DNA of 64,000 nt from a virus, in IMG/VR virus record IMGVR_UViG_3300020473_002200, positions 32,001-96,000 of that record, one strand, 5' to 3'. The position numbers were made by a program, and so were the translations under genes. This document shows positions 49,261-59,123 of this stretch, one piece after another. Below the pieces are notes generated by a model. It saw only the letters and a program-made list of their open reading frames with translations, did not search any database and was not told the DNA's origin. Numbering within the stretch: the first letter of the stretch is position 1; each line of letters opens with the position of its first letter.

Positions 49261-52200
49261 ATGGCAGAGCAAACATTCAGATCCCCCGGATTTTTTGAAA
49301 GGGAAATTGACCTTGCGGCGAGGCGCCAAACAGTTTCTGGAGTACCTGGTGGTGTTATTGGTACATCAGCAAAAGGTCCCGCCTTCGTACCGGTCACCGT
49401 CGGTGATTTCACAGATTTCGTAAACAGGTTCGGTGGTCTTGACCCCGATCTTCCAGCTGTTTATGCTGCGTTCGAATTTTTAAAGAACAAAAGGGCTCTA
49501 ACGTTCATGAGGGTTCTAGGCGCAGGTGGTAATATAACTGCCGCCGATCGCGACACAACAAGGACATCAGGTATTGTAAAGGGTGCTGGTTTTAGAGTTA
49601 ATGGCGTTGAGGCCACCACCAACAGAGATAACATCGCACTCGCTGCAGGTTCAGCTGGTGATTCAGGCAACGTCGCCGGTTTGCTTCTTAACGGTGGTGT
49701 TAATCTAATCATGGCTACTCATGATCTTAACGTTGCTGGTAAGTCTCAAGAAGCCCGTGAGTCATACCCTATTTTTGTTGATAACTCAAGCGTTACCAAT
49801 TCATCTGTATCAACCCAACTATTACGAGGTGTTGTATATACTTCTAATGGTCATCGACTCGCGTGTATGGCAACAACGGCAACATTCGATAGCGATCCAC
49901 GCATCCAGACTGACTCTAAGGCAGCTTTGGTATCTTCTGAATTTAGATTATTGATACTAGACTCAAGTCAAAATGTTATTAAAAATGTCAAGGCATCTCT
50001 TGATCCTGAGCATGACTCATATATCTCTAAGGCCTTGAATACTGATCCACACAAATTTTTAGAAGAAAAGCACTTATTACACTTAGACCTCCCTGTAGAG
50101 GACGAGGTTGCGTCTGCAACTGTAGCGTTTGTATCAACACCATCCAGATCAACTGTTGGTGGATCTCCTTTTACTGGAGATGATGCCCGGGCATGGTCTG
50201 TTATGGGAAGAATGGACGCACGTTATACAACGTCCAGATCACCAGCAATTATATCACAACCTTTCGGTACTCAAGAATTCGATATTATGCATTTCGAATC
50301 TCTTTCTGATGGCGAAGCTGGAAATAAAGATGTAAAAATTAGTATTGCAAACATAAGGGCTTCTCTTGATCCAAAACAACCTTTCGGAACGTTCGAAGTT
50401 CAGGTTCGAAAATTAAAGGATTTAGATACTGATCCTGAAATTCTAGAATCTTATCCTGGTTGTACTCTTGATCCAAACTCAGAAGACTTTGTCGCAAGAA
50501 AGATTGGTGATTATAAAGCACAGTTTAATTTTGACGCTGACTTAGAAGAAGAGCGTCGCTTGATTGTTTCAGGTAAATACCCTAATCGTTCGCTTCACGT
50601 AAGGGTTGTGATGAGCGATAAGTTCGAAAGAGGAGAGGTTCCTGCTGGATCATTACCTTTTGGATTTAGAGGGATTCCAGTTCTTAAGACATCTGAGTCA
50701 CTTACTGATGACGCCACCAAGACGATTATGGACGATTCTGGTCCATTAGGTAATGTGGTAATTGCAGATAGAGCGTCAGGCGCATCCGCAACAGTAGCAA
50801 TTTGTGACGGTAACGAAGGACTAAAGCAAGCTGCCGCGGCCCACCGCGATATCTGTAGAATCCATACGGCAACTCTTATTGATCATGATGATAGAGCTAG
50901 TGCGACACTAAACTCTCCAATTTTTCCGCCATTCCCACTACGATATAAGTTGACTCGTGGGCTAATGCCTGCTGCTGCAGACGTCGGCGGTTCGGATCCA
51001 TCCGGTAATCCTGCACTAACAGAAAAGGTTGATGCTAAATTATATTGGGGTATGAAATCAGCACGCTTACCAAGGACTGCATCAATTGCTAATGCGGCAA
51101 GAAACCCAAACGCAGGAGCGCAGTTTAACACATTAATTGAAGGATACACAAAGTTCCAGGGTATTGCGAAGACAGGAGCATTACTCACAGGTTCAGCTGT
51201 CGATGTATACAACTCAAATAAGTTTACTCTTGCAAGGGTGGCTTTAAATAAAGTTGGTTCATCTGCAGCAAAAATCGCCGAATACGTAACAGGATCTGCT
51301 AAAGAGCACATGCTAGAAGCTGTATATATGAGAAGTGCAGCTGTTGATCCTAGTGACTATCGTGTAACTGATGGTTCATACGGCGATAGAATAACAATGG
51401 CGACCCTATTAAACAGTTCATCTGTTAAGTTTAATAGGTTTGTTGCTTATAACAAGTTCACACTTCCTATGTACGGCGGATTTGATGGTTTAAATCCTCT
51501 AGACAAGGATATGTCACTTATGAATGATAGAAGTACATCATCTGACGCCCCACTTGGGTTTGAAGGAAAGGCATCAACTGAATTTAACGCAGCTTTTACA
51601 ACAAACACTGGGTTAAATACAGGCGCTCCAGGAACAGGCAAAAACAATAGCACGGTGATTTCATATCGTCAAGCTGTTTCGATTATGACCGACCCAATGA
51701 CTGTTCGTCATAATATTCTTGCAGTGCCAGGTATAAGGGATTCCTTTGTGGCTGATTTTGCTTCTGATAAGGTTAAAGAGTATTCGTTGGCATTATACCT
51801 TATGGATGTGCCTGCTTACTCCGAGAATGGAACTCGCTTATTCGGAACAGAGGATAGAACAGCATTTACTAAATTGCGAAAGTCTGTCCCGGATGTAAGA
51901 GAGACATCAGAACAATTATCTTCTAGAGTGATTGATAACAATTATTCAGCCGCATATTTTCCAGATATTATATTGGCAGATGCGGCCAATTCAACGCAGG
52001 TCAAGGTACCTGCATCTGTTGCTGCAATGAAGGCCCTCGCGTTCAGCGATTCGGTATCTTTTCCTTGGTTCGCACCCGCTGGTTTTAATCGCGGTGCTCT
52101 GGATAACGTAACGAATGTAGACGTTAGGCTAACAGCCGGCGATAGAGATGAATTATATGATGCTAGAATTAATCCAATTGCAAACTTCCCTGATGGTGGG

Positions 52201-52563
52201 TTTGTGATTTTTGGACAAAAAACTTTGCAAATGGCTAAGAGCGCACTAGACAGAGTAAATGTAAGAAGATTACTACTAGAAATTAAGCGTTTGATTACAG
52301 GCATTGCACAAAGATTATTATTCGAACCAAATAACGCTGAAACGAGAGCAAGATTTATTAATTTGGTAACTCCATTGCTTGCAACTGTTCAAGCGCAGGC
52401 TGGTATTGATAGCTTTAGAGTTGTGATGGATGATTCGAATAATAGTCCTCAAGATGTTGAGAATAATAGATTGAACGGTCGTATAGTCGTTGTACCGACC
52501 AGGGCAATCGAGTTCATCGCGATTGACTTCGTGATAACTAATAGTGGAGTTTCTTTTGAATAA
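49261..52563 (+). CDS. Tail sheath protein 1, 1100 aa
   Basis: FRSPGFFEREID, GVIGTSAKGPAFVP, PWFAPAGFNRG, RDELYDARINPI, FGQKTLQ, LDRVNVRRLL, PTRAIEFIAIDF. Confidence 0.93.
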   Translation: MAEQTFRSPGFFEREIDLAARRQTVSGVPGGVIGTSAKGPAFVPVTVGDFTDFVNRFGGLDPDLPAVYAAFEFLKNKRALTFMRVLGAGGNITAADRDTTRTSGIVKGAGFRVNGVEATTNRDNIALAAGSAGDSGNVAGLLLNGGVNLIMATHDLNVAGKSQEARESYPIFVDNSSVTNSSVSTQLLRGVVYTSNGHRLACMATTATFDSDPRIQTDSKAALVSSEFRLLILDSSQNVIKNVKASLDPEHDSYISKALNTDPHKFLEEKHLLHLDLPVEDEVASATVAFVSTPSRSTVGGSPFTGDDARAWSVMGRMDARYTTSRSPAIISQPFGTQEFDIMHFESLSDGEAGNKDVKISIANIRASLDPKQPFGTFEVQVRKLKDLDTDPEILESYPGCTLDPNSEDFVARKIGDYKAQFNFDADLEEERRLIVSGKYPNRSLHVRVVMSDKFERGEVPAGSLPFGFRGIPVLKTSESLTDDATKTIMDDSGPLGNVVIADRASGASATVAICDGNEGLKQAAAAHRDICRIHTATLIDHDDRASATLNSPIFPPFPLRYKLTRGLMPAAADVGGSDPSGNPALTEKVDAKLYWGMKSARLPRTASIANAARNPNAGAQFNTLIEGYTKFQGIAKTGALLTGSAVDVYNSNKFTLARVALNKVGSSAAKIAEYVTGSAKEHMLEAVYMRSAAVDPSDYRVTDGSYGDRITMATLLNSSSVKFNRFVAYNKFTLPMYGGFDGLNPLDKDMSLMNDRSTSSDAPLGFEGKASTEFNAAFTTNTGLNTGAPGTGKNNSTVISYRQAVSIMTDPMTVRHNILAVPGIRDSFVADFASDKVKEYSLALYLMDVPAYSENGTRLFGTEDRTAFTKLRKSVPDVRETSEQLSSRVIDNNYSAAYFPDIILADAANSTQVKVPASVAAMKALAFSDSVSFPWFAPAGFNRGALDNVTNVDVRLTAGDRDELYDARINPIANFPDGGFVIFGQKTLQMAKSALDRVNVRRLLLEIKRLITGIAQRLLFEPNNAETRARFINLVTPLLATVQAQAGIDSFRVVMDDSNNSPQDVENNRLNGRIVVVPTRAIEFIAIDFVITNSGVSFE

Positions 52564-52587
52564 GAGTATAACAGGAGAAGTTAACAA

Positions 52588-55500
52588 ATGGCAGAACTGA
52601 CATTTAAAAGTCCAGGTGTAAGCACTCGAGAGATTGATCTTTCTGGTCCCTCTAGAGTTGGCCCGGTTGGAACGCCGGCTGGCGTCATTGGTACATCCGC
52701 TAAGGGTCGTGCCTTTGTTCCTCTGGTATTCGCAAACCTCTCAGAATTCGTAGCTGAGTTTGGTGCTGTGGGTCCAGATAAATTCGGCCCAATGGCTTTA
52801 AGGGAATGGTTTTCAAATGCGAGGGCCGGTCTTTACCTTAAGGTCCTAGGTGTTGGTGACGGTAAGGCTCGAATAGGTGAAGCCGGTAAAGACTCTCGCG
52901 GTAATGATATCGCCGCTGGTGCAGTAAAAAATGCTGGTTTCGTAGTTGGTTCTGAAATTGTTAATCCAGATACGGGCAGGGTGGCTGCAAATCCTTACGC
53001 AGGTGCTGAGGCAGCTGGTGCTAAGGCAACAATCGTCCTAGGTGTTACTGATGGTGATGCCACTAATCACGGCATAGCAGAAGATGATACAATAACACTG
53101 ACAGATGCAGGTGGCGTAACAAAGACCTACAGCGTCGTCGACGGTGGCCATGCTGCGCAGAAAGCAACAGCGACCTTAACGTATACTGCCCGACCAGTTG
53201 CTGATAATGTAATCACGCTCATTACCCACGATAATATTACAAAAACCTATATCTTTAAAGACGAAGGTAGTACCGGCCAAGTGGTTGATGGCAAAGTCGT
53301 TGTAAGAAGAGGCGCAAACGGTGACGCAGACTATGCTCAGCTCATTGTAGCAATTAATCACGCCGCGGGTAACAACGCAGGATCGGCCGATGACAAAATC
53401 GAAATGACCCATAATAATGCTGGCGATAATAATAATGCTGGTAATATTGTGTTCACACAAAAACCCACAACTGCTGCTGGCAACAAAGCGATTACGGCGA
53501 CTTTGGCGGCTGGCTCATCGTTTAGTGGAAATTTTGTGGGTGGTGGCTCAGCTGTGGCGACAGGAACAGTCTTGGCGCTTCATGATAGAACCGGTTCTGG
53601 TTTGGCTGAGGCCGCTCAAGTAGGCACCGTCGCAGTAAATATTAATACAACAGGTGGCTCTGTATCTGCGGCGCATACATTCTTAAAAGAATTAGAGACT
53701 GCCATGGAATCCTCAACCGGACATGATGGCGAAATTGCTGGAGTCCAAAGCACTGTCGCTGCTGGGGCATTCGTCGCCAGTCAAGTATATAAGATAACGG
53801 AAGTTCTGGAAGCTAATTGGTCTGGTTTCGGGGGTCCTGAGAATGCCACAGTCGGCGCTACTTTTACTGCCACCGGCGTTGGTACAGAGGGTCACGGCTC
53901 AGCTGAAGGCCCAATGGACGGCGCTCAGACATTAACATTAACGCAAAAAGCAGGTGGGACAGCAGGTAATACAACAGTCTTGAATACAGGCTTACCACAA
54001 GCTGTAACTCTTGGCGGACTTCGCATTGATGAAGCAGCGACAGTAAATGACTTTACTGGTGGCCGCGATGGTAATGGTATGGAAGGCAGAACACACTTTT
54101 TGAGTGTTTTGATGAAAGAGTCTGCGCCCTCTAAGGCTTCTGCAAGAATTACGGTGGCTGCCGGTAATGCCAATTCTGCGGTGGAAGCAGGAAGAACAAT
54201 TAAAGTCACTTCCGCTGATGGAACATCTAGAACATATGTGATCGTAGATTCTGGTAACGGTGGTGTTGCTAATCATAAAAAGCTTGTAGCCAATGACGCG
54301 CTAGGAAACGGATCAACCGCCGGCGCCGCTGGCGTCGTGGATGGCATTTCCGTTAGCTTAGACTTAACTGCCGACGCCGGCCAGGATAACCAATATACAT
54401 TCTTGACTAAATTAAAGGAGTCGATCGAAGACACCGACGGTCATGCAGGAAAACTTTCAGTTTCAATTTACGACGCTGATGGAGACGCCGCATCGTCAGC
54501 CGCCGCTGAAGCTCAATACGCGGTGATAACTCAGGACTCGCCAGGACGAGCTGGTAACAGGCCGATTACATTATCGCATGCATCTATTGGTAACTTAACG
54601 ATTGTATCTGCATTTACGGGCGGAGTCGGTGAAAGAATATTCTCTGAAGCCGGTACGGGCGTCGCTACTACTGATGGTATTAGATATGCAAACGTCTTGC
54701 GCGGTGTGCTAATGTACCCATCTGGTGTGGTACCTTCGCTTGCAGCTTCTCGTACTGCAATTACTAATAACTCTCCAGTCGGTAAATCTAGTCTTAAGGC
54801 AACTGCCCACGCGGAAATTAATTTTCTAAACGAAATTACTGCTACACGTACTATCATAGTAACAGACGGATCTACTTCTCGAACTTACCGCGCCGTTAAC
54901 GATGGTAGCGAAGCCGGCTTAGATTTTAAGCGAGGTAACTCAGGCGGTAACGCTGCCGCTAAAGCCGCCTTGGCCGCGACTGATTTCGCAAGAGCTGTTA
55001 ACGCATCCACAGGCCACTCTGGCACAATTCGTGCTGTGGCATCAGGTTCAATGGTTACGCTTAGTCAGCTAATCGCAGGTTCGGCTAAGAACACTGCAAT
55101 AGCAACAACGATAGAATCTACCGTAGCTTCCATACCTTCACACTTCGAAGGTGGAGCAGATTCAGTTCCTCAATATGCTGGTTCAACCGCAGCTTTTGGT
55201 ATAAAGCCAAACAGGGTAGGTCACGAAAATGGTGGCTCACAATTGGGTAATGTAACTACGACAAGCGGAAAGCAAGAGTTCATTATGATTCTTAATGGTC
55301 ATAAGTCGACTCAAAACAACCCAAGCGCTTTAACGGCATCATTTGATCCTCAAGCGTCGAATTACTTTCCGAATGTATTGAATACTGACCCAACTGCAAT
55401 TCAGACAACTGGTCATTATCTATATACTCACTACGACGTATTTAGCACCTACGCTACGCCAGCTGGTACAGGTAATCCATACCTAACGTCGCAAGGTCAG

Positions 55501-57615
55501 GCAGGTACTGATGTCGCAATGTTACTCTCTACAAGGGGTGACCGAAATACGGGCAGCGCCACAAAGGCAAACGCGGAATCATTTTCTGATAGATTCCGAA
55601 CTGCGGTATCTCCAACGATTGTGTCTCAAAAGCTTGGTGGCGTAAATCAACCATTATTTAGACTACACTCTCTTGATGATGGCGCGGGTGGAAATAGTGT
55701 ATATAAGATAACGGTAGAAAATATAAGGAGATCACAGTCTGATAAAAACAGATATGGAACATTCGATCTTCTTATAAGAAGCTTCACAGATAATGATCGT
55801 GAGCCTGTGGTACTAGAAAGATTCTCTAGCTTAAGCCTTGATCCTAATTCGGAAAGGTTTATTTCAAGAATTATAGGTGATCAAAGATTATTCTACGATT
55901 TTGATAAACGAGCGGGTAGCCAAAAGTTAACCCTCGCAGGAAAATTCGCGAATAACTCAAGCTATGTTAGAGTAGAATTAGCAGACTCTGTAGAGAATGG
56001 TACGATGGACGCAACCGCGTTACCATTCGGGTTTAGAGGGCCGCAGAAGCTTAATATTGATAATGCCGATGCGTTATATTCACCGTCTGGAATTGTAGAC
56101 ACAGCTGGAAACGCGTTATTAGACGCAACTAATATCGCACATAAGTCGATGGTCGCACCACCTCTTCCAATGAGAAGAAACCTGGCGGTGGGCCAAACAC
56201 CAAAGAAGAGGCTTGTTTCATCCCTAAACTGGGGTATCCAGTTTGAGATTGATGATTTATATAATGAGCCAAATAAAAATAGCAAGGTCGTAAGTTGTGC
56301 CGAATCATGGACAAAGTATTTTCCTGATTTTGATCAAGACTCATTGGCTTTAGTAACTGCAAGAAAGGGTTCAGCAGCGGCTGATTCACATAATAACAAC
56401 TTATTTACTCTTGAAAATATTCAGGTACTTACTTCTAGCGCTGGTATTCCTGATTCAGCCGAATGGGCTGCTGCAGAATATAGAAGAGATGGTGTTGTAG
56501 ACGATAGTATTGTTGATACCAACGGTCTCGCGGCTTCTGGCAGATCAAGATTCTTAAATACAACTACCGACCTAGACTTAGGTTCCGTTAGAAGATATCT
56601 TAAGTTTAATCTTTTCGTTGCTGGTGGTTTTGACGGTACAGAGATTTTTGATAAAGAAAAATCAGCGTTATCCGATATAGCTATTATGAGAGAAGTTGAT
56701 GATGTATCAAGACAGGGTGGCAAAGAAGGCGCGACTGCCGCAACCTATATGAAGGCAATCGATGTCTTGGCTGAAAGAAGTGATGTAGATATTCAACTTC
56801 TTGCGATTCCAGGTATAAGGCAATCCCTGGTAACAGACAGAGCAATTGACGCTGTTGAAGAACGATTCGATGCCATGTATATTATGGACGCGATTGTATA
56901 CGATACAGAAAATACAGTGGTTACAGGCTCAGCGCAAAAGGCAAGCGTATCAAATACGGTGACAAGATTCAATAACAGAGTTCTTGATTCAAGCTTTGCT
57001 GCTGCATACTTTCCAGATGTTATTTTAAGTGATCCATCCACTGGCCAGAATATCCAGGTTCCGCCTTCTGTTCCGGTCCTTGGTGCCTTTGCTCTTAACG
57101 ATCAATTAGCACACCCATGGTACGCTCCCGCGGGCTTCACGCGAGGCGCCATGGCCAATGTAGCTGAGACCCAGGTTAAGCTTAATAGAGATAATCTAGA
57201 TTCACTTTATGATGTAGACATTAACCCAATCACAGCATTCCCTCATACTGATGGTGTTGTGGTGTTCGGTCAAAAGACACTACTAAGAACACAGAGTTCT
57301 CTTGATAGGGTTAATGTTCGTAGATTACTTATTGAGCTACGTAGAAGAGTAAGGCGAGTGGCTAATAGCTTTATCTTTGAGCCAAATAGAGAGGCAACTC
57401 TCGCTAGATTCTCCGCCCAGGTGAATCCAATATTACGACAGATTCAACAGCAGCAAGGTGTTGATAGGTTCTTGGTAAAGATTGATACTACTACCACTAC
57501 ACAAACAGATGTAGAAAACAATACGTTGCGAGGAAAGATATTCTTGCAACCCACACGTTCTGTTGAGTTTATTTCACTTGACTTTGTTATTACAAATGCA
57601 GGTGCAGAAATCTAA
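52588..57615 (+). CDS. Tail sheath protein 2 with multiple inserted modules, 1675 aa
   Basis: Same N- and C-terminal sheath signatures (SPGVSTREID, PWYAPAGFTRG, FGQKTL, LDRVNVRRLL, PTRSVEFISLDF). Confidence 0.93.
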   Translation: MAELTFKSPGVSTREIDLSGPSRVGPVGTPAGVIGTSAKGRAFVPLVFANLSEFVAEFGAVGPDKFGPMALREWFSNARAGLYLKVLGVGDGKARIGEAGKDSRGNDIAAGAVKNAGFVVGSEIVNPDTGRVAANPYAGAEAAGAKATIVLGVTDGDATNHGIAEDDTITLTDAGGVTKTYSVVDGGHAAQKATATLTYTARPVADNVITLITHDNITKTYIFKDEGSTGQVVDGKVVVRRGANGDADYAQLIVAINHAAGNNAGSADDKIEMTHNNAGDNNNAGNIVFTQKPTTAAGNKAITATLAAGSSFSGNFVGGGSAVATGTVLALHDRTGSGLAEAAQVGTVAVNINTTGGSVSAAHTFLKELETAMESSTGHDGEIAGVQSTVAAGAFVASQVYKITEVLEANWSGFGGPENATVGATFTATGVGTEGHGSAEGPMDGAQTLTLTQKAGGTAGNTTVLNTGLPQAVTLGGLRIDEAATVNDFTGGRDGNGMEGRTHFLSVLMKESAPSKASARITVAAGNANSAVEAGRTIKVTSADGTSRTYVIVDSGNGGVANHKKLVANDALGNGSTAGAAGVVDGISVSLDLTADAGQDNQYTFLTKLKESIEDTDGHAGKLSVSIYDADGDAASSAAAEAQYAVITQDSPGRAGNRPITLSHASIGNLTIVSAFTGGVGERIFSEAGTGVATTDGIRYANVLRGVLMYPSGVVPSLAASRTAITNNSPVGKSSLKATAHAEINFLNEITATRTIIVTDGSTSRTYRAVNDGSEAGLDFKRGNSGGNAAAKAALAATDFARAVNASTGHSGTIRAVASGSMVTLSQLIAGSAKNTAIATTIESTVASIPSHFEGGADSVPQYAGSTAAFGIKPNRVGHENGGSQLGNVTTTSGKQEFIMILNGHKSTQNNPSALTASFDPQASNYFPNVLNTDPTAIQTTGHYLYTHYDVFSTYATPAGTGNPYLTSQGQAGTDVAMLLSTRGDRNTGSATKANAESFSDRFRTAVSPTIVSQKLGGVNQPLFRLHSLDDGAGGNSVYKITVENIRRSQSDKNRYGTFDLLIRSFTDNDREPVVLERFSSLSLDPNSERFISRIIGDQRLFYDFDKRAGSQKLTLAGKFANNSSYVRVELADSVENGTMDATALPFGFRGPQKLNIDNADALYSPSGIVDTAGNALLDATNIAHKSMVAPPLPMRRNLAVGQTPKKRLVSSLNWGIQFEIDDLYNEPNKNSKVVSCAESWTKYFPDFDQDSLALVTARKGSAAADSHNNNLFTLENIQVLTSSAGIPDSAEWAAAEYRRDGVVDDSIVDTNGLAASGRSRFLNTTTDLDLGSVRRYLKFNLFVAGGFDGTEIFDKEKSALSDIAIMREVDDVSRQGGKEGATAATYMKAIDVLAERSDVDIQLLAIPGIRQSLVTDRAIDAVEERFDAMYIMDAIVYDTENTVVTGSAQKASVSNTVTRFNNRVLDSSFAAAYFPDVILSDPSTGQNIQVPPSVPVLGAFALNDQLAHPWYAPAGFTRGAMANVAETQVKLNRDNLDSLYDVDINPITAFPHTDGVVVFGQKTLLRTQSSLDRVNVRRLLIELRRRVRRVANSFIFEPNREATLARFSAQVNPILRQIQQQQGVDRFLVKIDTTTTTQTDVENNTLRGKIFLQPTRSVEFISLDFVITNAGAEI

Positions 57616-57651
57616 TATAGAGTATATTTAAAAGGAGATTAGGAGAAAAAA

Positions 57652-58140
57652 ATGGCCGAAACATTAAATGTCTCAAGCATGTTGCCAAATAAATTTGAGC
57701 CAAAGCGAAAGTTTAGATGGGTCTTTGCAATCGAGGGTATCGATGCTTATCTAGTTAAGACAGCGAACCGTCCGACTGTTAACACAGCGAATATTGAAAT
57801 TCCATTCATGAATTCAACTCGTTATATCGCTGGTAAAACCAAGTTCGATGCAATTAGTTGTACAATACACGATCCAATTGCACCGTCTGGTGCACAGCAG
57901 GTAATGGAATGGGTAAGAACTCACTTTGAATCTGTATCAGGTCGTTCTGGTTACGCAGATTTTTATAAGAGAGATTGCCAGCTTAAATTGCTTGATGCAG
58001 TAGGTACAGTTGTAGAACTTTGGGATATCAAGGGTTGCTTTTTAGAGTCCGCTAGCTTTGGTGATCTAGATTACGGTTCAGAAGATCCTGCAGAGATTTC
58101 TCTCACGATCAGATTTGACAACTGCGTACTTCAGTACTAA
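57652..58140 (+). CDS. Tail tube protein (T4 gp19-like family)
   Basis: FEPKRKFRW, YIAGKTKF, QQVMEW, YKRDCQL, W.IKGCF...FGDLDY; follows the sheaths. Confidence 0.9.
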   Translation: MAETLNVSSMLPNKFEPKRKFRWVFAIEGIDAYLVKTANRPTVNTANIEIPFMNSTRYIAGKTKFDAISCTIHDPIAPSGAQQVMEWVRTHFESVSGRSGYADFYKRDCQLKLLDAVGTVVELWDIKGCFLESASFGDLDYGSEDPAEISLTIRFDNCVLQY

Positions 58141-58181
58141 TCTTACAATATAAAAAATAATTTTCTTTTAAATTGTGACTT

Positions 58182-58215
58182 GTCAAGAAGCGCTTTGCGC
58201 TTCTTGACTTTTTTT
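58182..58215 (+). terminator. Rho-independent terminator after the tail tube
   Basis: GTCAAGAAGCGC-TTT-GCGCTTCTTGAC: perfect 12 bp stem plus T-tract. Confidence 0.9.
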
Positions 58216-58277
58216 ATTTACTCTTCTTAATTCTCCTTTTAAATTTAATACTAACAATATGCCAGCGAGGTGCTTAT

Positions 58278-59123
58278 ATGAGTGAAGGTAATAACGAGGC
58301 TCGACAAGAGCTGTTTGGTTCTACTGCCCCGAACATGCCAACAAAGAATGTGATGAGGGATGATTTTGGGTTTGAAGTACCTATAGAGGCTGTTCCTCTA
58401 CCGTCTAAAGGAAAAATTTATGATGCAGATAGTCCGCTTCATGGAAAAGAGACTTTGGAAATAAAGGCCATGACAGCCAAAGACGAAGATATTCTTACTT
58501 CTCGCGCCTTAATAAAGAAAGGTACCGTTATAACTGAGCTACTACGCTCTTGTTTGATAGATAAATCTATTAATCCTGATGATATGGTATCTGGTGATAG
58601 AAACGCGATTATGACTGCTTTGCGTGTTACGGGTTACGGTTCAGAATATAAGGTCGAGGTAGAGTGTCCTGCATGTGGTGAAAGATCAAGCCAAAGCTTC
58701 GATCTAACAGATATGCCTATTAATACTTTGGATATTGATCCAGTCTCGATTGGTGCTAATGTTTTTGAGTTCACATTACCAGTGACTGGGTTACCTGTTA
58801 GGTTTCGATTTCTAACCGGCGCAGAAGAGCAGGAAATAATGACCATTTCGGAGAGAAGAAAAAAGAAAGGTCAAACTGCCGACAATATGATAACCCAACG
58901 CTTGACTTATTCTCTAATCGAAGTGAATGGTATCAGGGATAAGACAAAAATCCAGATGTTTGTTAAGAATATGCCGGCTAAAGACTCTTTATCATTAAGA
59001 AGATTTTTAGACAATAATGAACCAGGTATAGATCTTGCAGGCTGGATGGAGTGCCCTCATTGTACCGAAACTTCGGAGGTAAAGCTCCCTCTGGGAGCCT
59101 CGTTTTTTTGGCCTGACGCCTGA
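58278..59123 (+). CDS. Baseplate-hub / tail assembly chaperone (T4 gp26-like)
   Basis: VPLPSKG, IKAMTAKDEDIL, two CxxC (CPAC, CPHC), FFWP end; lies between tube and tape measure. Confidence 0.75.
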   Translation: MSEGNNEARQELFGSTAPNMPTKNVMRDDFGFEVPIEAVPLPSKGKIYDADSPLHGKETLEIKAMTAKDEDILTSRALIKKGTVITELLRSCLIDKSINPDDMVSGDRNAIMTALRVTGYGSEYKVEVECPACGERSSQSFDLTDMPINTLDIDPVSIGANVFEFTLPVTGLPVRFRFLTGAEEQEIMTISERRKKKGQTADNMITQRLTYSLIEVNGIRDKTKIQMFVKNMPAKDSLSLRRFLDNNEPGIDLAGWMECPHCTETSEVKLPLGASFFWPDA

